From Nemertoderma westbladi (Eukaryota > Animalia > Xenacoelomorpha): a stretch of DNA of 64,000 nucleotides. Shown here in pieces: positions 57,864 through 64,000 of this stretch. The translations under genes and the position numbers were made by a program. The stretch covers positions 47,340 through 111,339 of the forward strand of contig JAUCBJ010007366.1 in NCBI GenBank assembly GCA_032718475.1, written 5' to 3'. Each line of letters begins with the position of its first letter. Position 1 is the first letter of the stretch. The notes below the pieces were generated by a model, which had not been told where the DNA came from, did no database searches, and saw only the letters and a program-made list of their open reading frames with translations.

Positions 57864-60800
57864 TTACATAGAAGGTATAACTTTATTAAGAGTTGGGTGG
57901 ATCATATTAATGTAACAGGACTCTGCATGAACTCGTCGCTGGTGGTTGCGGAACTGTTTAAAGCAGGTTACGGTCAGTTGGTCTATTTCACAGTTAGTGA
58001 AATGTTGTAGGAGAAGGATTTCGGGGCTAGTTGGGTCGCAGCCTTTACGGGCTTCCCTAATACTATGTCTGTGCTTATTAAGCCGGTCGTGGAGGAATTG
58101 TTCCGTCTGGCCGATGTAGAAATCACTCGGATGAGTTCTACAGGAGATAATGTAGAGCACATTGTGGGATTTGCAGTTAAAGCGGCCGTGAATGGATTCA
58201 TTCCAGTGTGTTTTACGAAGGTTTGTAATGGCTAGACAACATAAGCAACGGGGAGCGCGACATTGGTGATTACCTACCGGGATAAGTGGGTCTAGTCTAC
58301 GTATAAGCATTTGTCCAAGGTTTGGGAGGTTGCGTGGGACGGGTTTAATGGCAATACCTATGTTACTAAGGTGGTTTTGATGCCGGGCGATGGTTTTGGA
58401 CATAGATGTTAAAAAATAAGGAGTTGTGGGTATGTAGATGGGGGGAGGGTGAGTATGCTGTATAGTGGTGTAGGTGGCGGGTAACTGTTTGGCTGGTTTC
58501 CATAGATACATTGATAGTAAGAAGTTTAGTGGGTATCCTCTAAGTTTGCATAGTTCCAAGTAATTATGGCGGGTGACATTAAAAAGGTTATCTGAGTCAG
58601 TAAGTCTGCGGTAACGGAGGATTTCAGCTTTAACAACTGCGAGTAGGGTGGGTTTATGGTGAAAACTAGCGTATAGGATGGGTAATTTATTGGACGTGGG
58701 CTTCTTATATAGGTGGGTAAGTAATTTGTCATCCTGGCGGTATATTGTGAGGTCAAGGTAGTTTAAGGTGGAGTAGGAGTGTTCTATGGTGAATTGTATT
58801 GAGTTCGTATTGTATAGTTCGAGGCAGGCTTGGTTGAGTGACGTTTTCAAACCACTTAACTCATTGGTGTTGAGTTCCCTATCGAATTCAACAATACTAT
58901 CGTCAACGAGTGTTTTAAAATACTGGGCTGAGTAAAGGGTGGTATTTAGGGCTCGCTTGAGGACTCTGCATGAGGCTATAACGGCATAATCACCGCTATG
59001 TGAGCCTCCCATGGGCGCACCAGAGATTTGGAGGTAAAATTTGTCACTATACCTAAAAAAGTTATGGTAAAGTAGAAACCTTAGTATAAGACATAACTGA
59101 TATGGCGTGAAAATAGACCGGTGTGGCAGGGATGGGTCTTCGGTAAGTGTTTGCATAGTGGCTTGTAACCCGAGCTCGTGTGGAATACTAGTAAACATAT
59201 CGACTACATCTACTGCGATGAGAGTACATGATGAGTTATTGAGGTGGGTAGGCATTGTGTGTTTTAAATGTAATGAACTAGAAAGATAATTGGACGAGTT
59301 AGTGACTAGAGGGTGTAAGTAGAAATGCATCAATTTAGAAAGTGGTGAGAAAAAGGCGTCAGTATTGGATATAATTGGTCGGCCTTTAGGGATTAGTTTA
59401 CCGTTTGGGTGTTGGATCCATTCCTCTTTGGGTTTGTGATCTTTGAGGGAGATAAAAATGTGGCCTGTGGTAAAAGTATTGGGAAATAGGTGCGTTTGGA
59501 GTTCGGGGTTGCGTAACGACAGTTCACGTAGGAGGGCTCGACATTTGACACGGAAGCGGGCGGTTGGATCTTTAGTTAGTTGTTCGTAGGTTGTAGTGTC
59601 ACTGAGGATCCTTAGGATTTCAAAGTGTTTATCGGCAGTATCTAGTAGAATAATGTTACCGGTTTTATCTCCTTTGAGGAAGGAGACATCTTTAATTTTC
59701 TTAAGAGATTGGAGAGCAGTGAGTTGAGATTTATTTAAGTTAGGGGGGTGTTGGTTGTTGTATCGCTGTAGATTAATTGAGTTGGTTGTTTTGTGTAGGT
59801 CGTATATAAGTGATTCTATGCCAGGGTCTTCGGCGCGGGGGGCAACGTATCTCGCGTGGCGGTAGAATGGGGGGTCGGGTGGTTCCGGGTCGATATTGGG
59901 TTGTTCGGTAATCGTATTTAGCTTCGTCACTCGTGGTAGGGTGCGCGTTGTCGGTGTTCGCGTTTTCGAACGTGTTCGCGATGATGGCGTGTCTAGGGGT
60001 GTGCATGGGCCTCGCGACGGTGGTGGGTGGGACGGCAGGTTGTGGGGGTCATCGAGTGGGGTAGTTGGTATGTATGTGTGTGTTGGGGCAATCGGCGGTG
60101 CTGGCTCAACATCGGATGTTTGTTCGGTGTTTAGTGCCGGGAACAAACAGCATTGTGCCGACTTACGGGTGCTCGGTTTATTTATGGCGGAAATTGGTGG
60201 TTGCCCTGGCAACGCGGCGGCAAACGTATCCGTTGGCGGGAGGATCGGCCGGTGGGTGGGAGTTAGAATGGTCGGGTTCGATCCGTGGTTGCCGTTGGTG
60301 GGTGGGGGATTGTGGTCCGCTAATCTCCGACACCGATTGCGGAGTTTGGTCGCTGCGATGGCCATGTCGACGTGGCTATCGAAACGGTCGGTGTTCGTTA
60401 TACCTCTGTTGGGAATAAAGGTAAAACCGAGGCCTAGTAAGTCGTGCTGGTCTTTGTCTAATGTGATACTCGAAAGATTGGTGACTGGTGCTTGCGCTTG
60501 GGGAAAGGGGTTAGTAGCTTGGGCGTCTTCGGGAGCGATATCTTTAACATTGAACCGTCGATTGGTATCCGGGTGGCTTGGAGGGCGCAGGATGTTGTCC
60601 ATTGTCTCGTAGCCGCAGTCGAAACTGTATTTGTAATCTAGACGGTAACACGTTACGTCGATTTCTCTGTCCTCTACTACCGGTAGCCAGTAATTTAAGA
60701 AGTTGATGCTATCAGTGTTGTACCGTGCTCTCGCTTGTACTCTGTTAAGGTGGTATTTGAATTCGCGTTTCAGTTTGCGTAGTCTACTAAATCTATCGCT

Positions 60801-61055
60801 GATCTCAGTTCTAAATACTCGTGCGAGTAGACCGTTGTAGAGCGAAGGGTAGAACTTCAGGATCTGGCTGATTCTAGGAACAATGAACGAAGGCGGGAAG
60901 TTGGATTCCCTGGCGGATTTAAAGTATTGGATTTGGTATTTAGTGCGTGCTTGGTGGATCCTAATTTTAAGACACATCCGAACGTCGTTTGCTGCCCTTG
61001 GTGTTAAACTTAGGTTTTGGATTAACCGGAACGACGTTTTACGTGGCGTATTCAT
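57864..61055 (-). CDS. Penelope-like RT + GIY-YIG endonuclease, 1063 aa (copy 2)
   Basis: Same as copy 1 except one visible R-to-C change (AQRCL versus AQCCL). Confidence 0.95.
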   Translation of the reverse strand: MNTPRKTSFRLIQNLSLTPRAANDVRMCLKIRIHQARTKYQIQYFKSARESNFPPSFIVPRISQILKFYPSLYNGLLARVFRTEISDRFSRLRKLKREFKYHLNRVQARARYNTDSINFLNYWLPVVEDREIDVTCYRLDYKYSFDCGYETMDNILRPPSHPDTNRRFNVKDIAPEDAQATNPFPQAQAPVTNLSSITLDKDQHDLLGLGFTFIPNRGITNTDRFDSHVDMAIAATKLRNRCRRLADHNPPPTNGNHGSNPTILTPTHRPILPPTDTFAAALPGQPPISAINKPSTRKSAQCCLFPALNTEQTSDVEPAPPIAPTHTYIPTTPLDDPHNLPSHPPPSRGPCTPLDTPSSRTRSKTRTPTTRTLPRVTKLNTITEQPNIDPEPPDPPFYRHARYVAPRAEDPGIESLIYDLHKTTNSINLQRYNNQHPPNLNKSQLTALQSLKKIKDVSFLKGDKTGNIILLDTADKHFEILRILSDTTTYEQLTKDPTARFRVKCRALLRELSLRNPELQTHLFPNTFTTGHIFISLKDHKPKEEWIQHPNGKLIPKGRPIISNTDAFFSPLSKLMHFYLHPLVTNSSNYLSSSLHLKHTMPTHLNNSSCTLIAVDVVDMFTSIPHELGLQATMQTLTEDPSLPHRSIFTPYQLCLILRFLLYHNFFRYSDKFYLQISGAPMGGSHSGDYAVIASCRVLKRALNTTLYSAQYFKTLVDDSIVEFDRELNTNELSGLKTSLNQACLELYNTNSIQFTIEHSYSTLNYLDLTIYRQDDKLLTHLYKKPTSNKLPILYASFHHKPTLLAVVKAEILRYRRLTDSDNLFNVTRHNYLELCKLRGYPLNFLLSMYLWKPAKQLPATYTTIQHTHPPPIYIPTTPYFLTSMSKTIARHQNHLSNIGIAIKPVPRNLPNLGQMLIRRLDPLIPVGNHQCRAPRCLCCLAITNLRKTHWNESIHGRFNCKSHNVLYIISCRTHPSDFYIGQTEQFLHDRLNKHRHSIREARKGCDPTSPEILLLQHFTNCEIDQLTVTCFKQFRNHQRRVHAESCYINMIHPTLNKVIPSM

Positions 61056-61126
61056 AATTACAGGATTAATAAAGGCAAGGAAGGGTCTTTCACCACGTGG
61101 ATATATAAAAAATGAAGTTAATTATT

Positions 61127-61168
61127 TACCGTATGGCCATTTCACCCTCGCGGGCGTCTTCAGCGGTA
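61127..61168 (-). ncRNA. Minimal type I hammerhead ribozyme, 72 nt upstream of the copy-2 ATG
   Basis: Identical to 53255-53296. Confidence 0.85.
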
Positions 61169-61799
61169 TATTCAATTAAAATAGCGTTAACATATAATTT
61201 AATTTAAAAATTAGTTCACAATTTAAAAGTTTAGGGTACCTACCAAGCAGCATTTACAGTAAATAATGGGAAATTTTACATTGAAATATTTAGGGGCCTA
61301 ATTAAAACAGTGAAACGTTGTGAGTACCGGTAGTGCAGTTGCATAGTTGTGGTGGGGCTACGGCGCTACAGCCTAAGCACTGACTGCCTGTCATCAGGCT
61401 GCATACGTGTACCGTGTGTACGGTATGTTGCACCTTTACAGTAGTTGCTAAAAGATAACCAAGTAAACATAATTTATACAGTAGGTAGTTAATTGCGGGT
61501 GAGTGGCTTGAGAAACTTAATAATATATGTGTTATTTTGCACCAAATAGTTAAACATTAGAAAAATTAATAATATATGTGTTATTTTGCACCAAACATTT
61601 GAACAGTAGAAAATTAAAAATAATATCAAAGATTAAAACTAAGCAAATGTATTACTGGAAATAAGTTAAGTTAAGTGCATATTTATACAGTAGTTATTGC
61701 ACTTAATAAATTTATCAAATTATTAATAAATAAGTCTACATACAGTAGATAGTTAGTATCGGGTGGGTGGCAGGATTAACATGATTAAATTATTTTGCA

Positions 61800-64000
61800 T
61801 TACATAGAAGGTATAACTTTATTAAGAGTTGGGTGGATCATATTAATGTAACAGGACTCTGCATGAACTCGTCGCTGGTGGTTGCGGAACTGTTTAAAGC
61901 AGGTTACGGTCAGTTGGTCTATTTCACAGTTAGTGAAATGTTGTAGGAGAAGGATTTCGGGGCTAGTTGGGTCGCAGCCTTTACGGGCTTCCCTAATACT
62001 ATGTCTGTGCTTATTAAGCCGGTCGTGGAGGAATTGTTCCGTCTGGCCGATGTAGAAATCACTCGGATGAGTTCTACAGGAGATAATGTAGAGCACATTG
62101 TGGGATTTGCAGTTAAAGCGGCCGTGAATGGATTCATTCCAGTGTGTTTTACGAAGGTTTGTAATGGCTAGACAACATAAGCAACGGGGAGCGCGACATT
62201 GGTGATTACCTACCGGGATAAGTGGGTCTAGTCTACGTATAAGCATTTGTCCAAGGTTTGGGAGGTTGCGTGGGACGGGTTTAATGGCAATACCTATGTT
62301 ACTAAGGTGGTTTTGATGCCGGGCGATGGTTTTGGACATAGATGTTAAAAAATAAGGAGTTGTGGGTATGTAGATGGGGGGAGGGTGAGTATGCTGTATA
62401 GTGGTGTAGGTGGCGGGTAACTGTTTGGCTGGTTTCCATAGATACATTGATAGTAAGAAGTTTAGTGGGTATCCTCTAAGTTTGCATAGTTCCAAGTAAT
62501 TATGGCGGGTGACATTAAAAAGGTTATCTGAGTCAGTAAGTCTGCGGTAACGGAGGATTTCAGCTTTAACAACTGCGAGTAGGGTGGGTTTATGGTGAAA
62601 ACTAGCGTATAGGATGGGTAATTTATTGGACGTGGGCTTCTTATATAGGTGGGTAAGTAATTTGTCATCCTGGCGGTATATTGTGAGGTCAAGGTAGTTT
62701 AAGGTGGAGTAGGAGTGTTCTATGGTGAATTGTATTGAGTTCGTATTGTATAGTTCGAGGCAGGCTTGGTTGAGTGACGTTTTCAAACCACTTAACTCAT
62801 TGGTGTTGAGTTCCCTATCGAATTCAACAATACTATCGTCAACGAGTGTTTTAAAATACTGGGCTGAGTAAAGGGTGGTATTTAGGGCTCGCTTGAGGAC
62901 TCTGCATGAGGCTATAACGGCATAATCACCGCTATGTGAGCCTCCCATGGGCGCACCAGAGATTTGGAGGTAAAATTTGTCACTATACCTAAAAAAGTTA
63001 TGGTAAAGTAGAAACCTTAGTATAAGACATAACTGATATGGCGTGAAAATAGACCGGTGTGGCAGGGATGGGTCTTCGGTAAGTGTTTGCATAGTGGCTT
63101 GTAACCCGAGCTCGTGTGGAATACTAGTAAACATATCGACTACATCTACTGCGATGAGAGTACATGATGAGTTATTGAGGTGGGTAGGCATTGTGTGTTT
63201 TAAATGTAATGAACTAGAAAGATAATTGGACGAGTTAGTGACTAGAGGGTGTAAGTAGAAATGCATCAATTTAGAAAGTGGTGAGAAAAAGGCGTCAGTA
63301 TTGGATATAATTGGTCGGCCTTTAGGGATTAGTTTACCGTTTGGGTGTTGGATCCATTCCTCTTTGGGTTTGTGATCTTTGAGGGAGATAAAAATGTGGC
63401 CTGTGGTAAAAGTATTGGGAAATAGGTGCGTTTGGAGTTCGGGGTTGCGTAACGACAGTTCACGTAGGAGGGCTCGACATTTGACACGGAAGCGGGCGGT
63501 TGGATCTTTAGTTAGTTGTTCGTAGGTTGTAGTGTCACTGAGGATCCTTAGGATTTCAAAGTGTTTATCGGCAGTATCTAGTAGAATAATGTTACCGGTT
63601 TTATCTCCTTTGAGGAAGGAGACATCTTTAATTTTCTTAAGAGATTGGAGAGCAGTGAGTTGAGATTTATTTAAGTTAGGGGGGTGTTGGTTGTTGTATC
63701 GCTGTAGATTAATTGAGTTGGTTGTTTTGTGTAGGTCGTATATAAGTGATTCTATGCCAGGGTCTTCGGCGCGGGGGGCAACGTATCTCGCGTGGCGGTA
63801 GAATGGGGGGTCGGGTGGTTCCGGGTCGATATTGGGTTGTTCGGTAATCGTATTTAGCTTCGTCACTCGTGGTAGGGTGCGCGTTGTCGGTGTTCGCGTT
63901 TTCGAACGTGTTCGCGATGATGGCGTGTCTAGGGGTGTGCATGGGCCTCGCGACGGTGGTGGGTGGGACGGCAGGTTGTGGGGGTCATCGAGTGGGGTAG
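61800..64000 (-). CDS. Penelope-like RT + GIY-YIG (copy 3; N-terminus beyond the window)
   Basis: Same translation as copies 1 and 2 over the visible part. Confidence 0.93.
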   Translation of the reverse strand, partial: TPLDDPHNLPSHPPPSRGPCTPLDTPSSRTRSKTRTPTTRTLPRVTKLNTITEQPNIDPEPPDPPFYRHARYVAPRAEDPGIESLIYDLHKTTNSINLQRYNNQHPPNLNKSQLTALQSLKKIKDVSFLKGDKTGNIILLDTADKHFEILRILSDTTTYEQLTKDPTARFRVKCRALLRELSLRNPELQTHLFPNTFTTGHIFISLKDHKPKEEWIQHPNGKLIPKGRPIISNTDAFFSPLSKLMHFYLHPLVTNSSNYLSSSLHLKHTMPTHLNNSSCTLIAVDVVDMFTSIPHELGLQATMQTLTEDPSLPHRSIFTPYQLCLILRFLLYHNFFRYSDKFYLQISGAPMGGSHSGDYAVIASCRVLKRALNTTLYSAQYFKTLVDDSIVEFDRELNTNELSGLKTSLNQACLELYNTNSIQFTIEHSYSTLNYLDLTIYRQDDKLLTHLYKKPTSNKLPILYASFHHKPTLLAVVKAEILRYRRLTDSDNLFNVTRHNYLELCKLRGYPLNFLLSMYLWKPAKQLPATYTTIQHTHPPPIYIPTTPYFLTSMSKTIARHQNHLSNIGIAIKPVPRNLPNLGQMLIRRLDPLIPVGNHQCRAPRCLCCLAITNLRKTHWNESIHGRFNCKSHNVLYIISCRTHPSDFYIGQTEQFLHDRLNKHRHSIREARKGCDPTSPEILLLQHFTNCEIDQLTVTCFKQFRNHQRRVHAESCYINMIHPTLNKVIPSM

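Larger units (their letters stand above)
53139..64000 (-). mobile_element. Head-to-tail array of Penelope-like retroelements, period 3936 bp; runs off the window
   Basis: Near-identical units 53139-57074, 57075-61010 and 61011-end; each has RT + GIY-YIG; the leftmost end runs 45 nt into the ORF start. Confidence 0.95.

Overview
AT-rich, repeat-dense genomic DNA from an intron-containing eukaryote, most likely an invertebrate. Host genes: a 4-exon PRADC1 (10596-24787, +), an intronless DUF1647-like type II membrane protein (29286-30455, -) and an unidentified, probably multi-exon gene (~39.2-43.4 kb, -). The rest is mostly mobile DNA. (1) The 3' end of a BEL/Pao LTR retrotransposon pol is followed by two extra ORFs joined by an ATGA start/stop overlap. 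The second ORF looks like a DEDDy 3'-5' exonuclease with CCHC knuckles, and a putative 3' LTR follows it. (2) A near-intact GalEa-type copia element, with a TIR element inside its 3' LTR, is nested in a DNA-transposon relic in PRADC1 intron 3. (3) At least three head-to-tail 3936-bp Penelope-like units (RT + GIY-YIG) each carry one minimal hammerhead ribozyme. (4) Two different short tRNA-promoter elements have a hammerhead between box A and box B. There are also many MITEs with readable TSDs, LINE relics, a minisatellite that amplifies a splice donor, and a 3.1-kb 21-bp satellite. All calls come from reading motifs by eye; no database search or folding was run.
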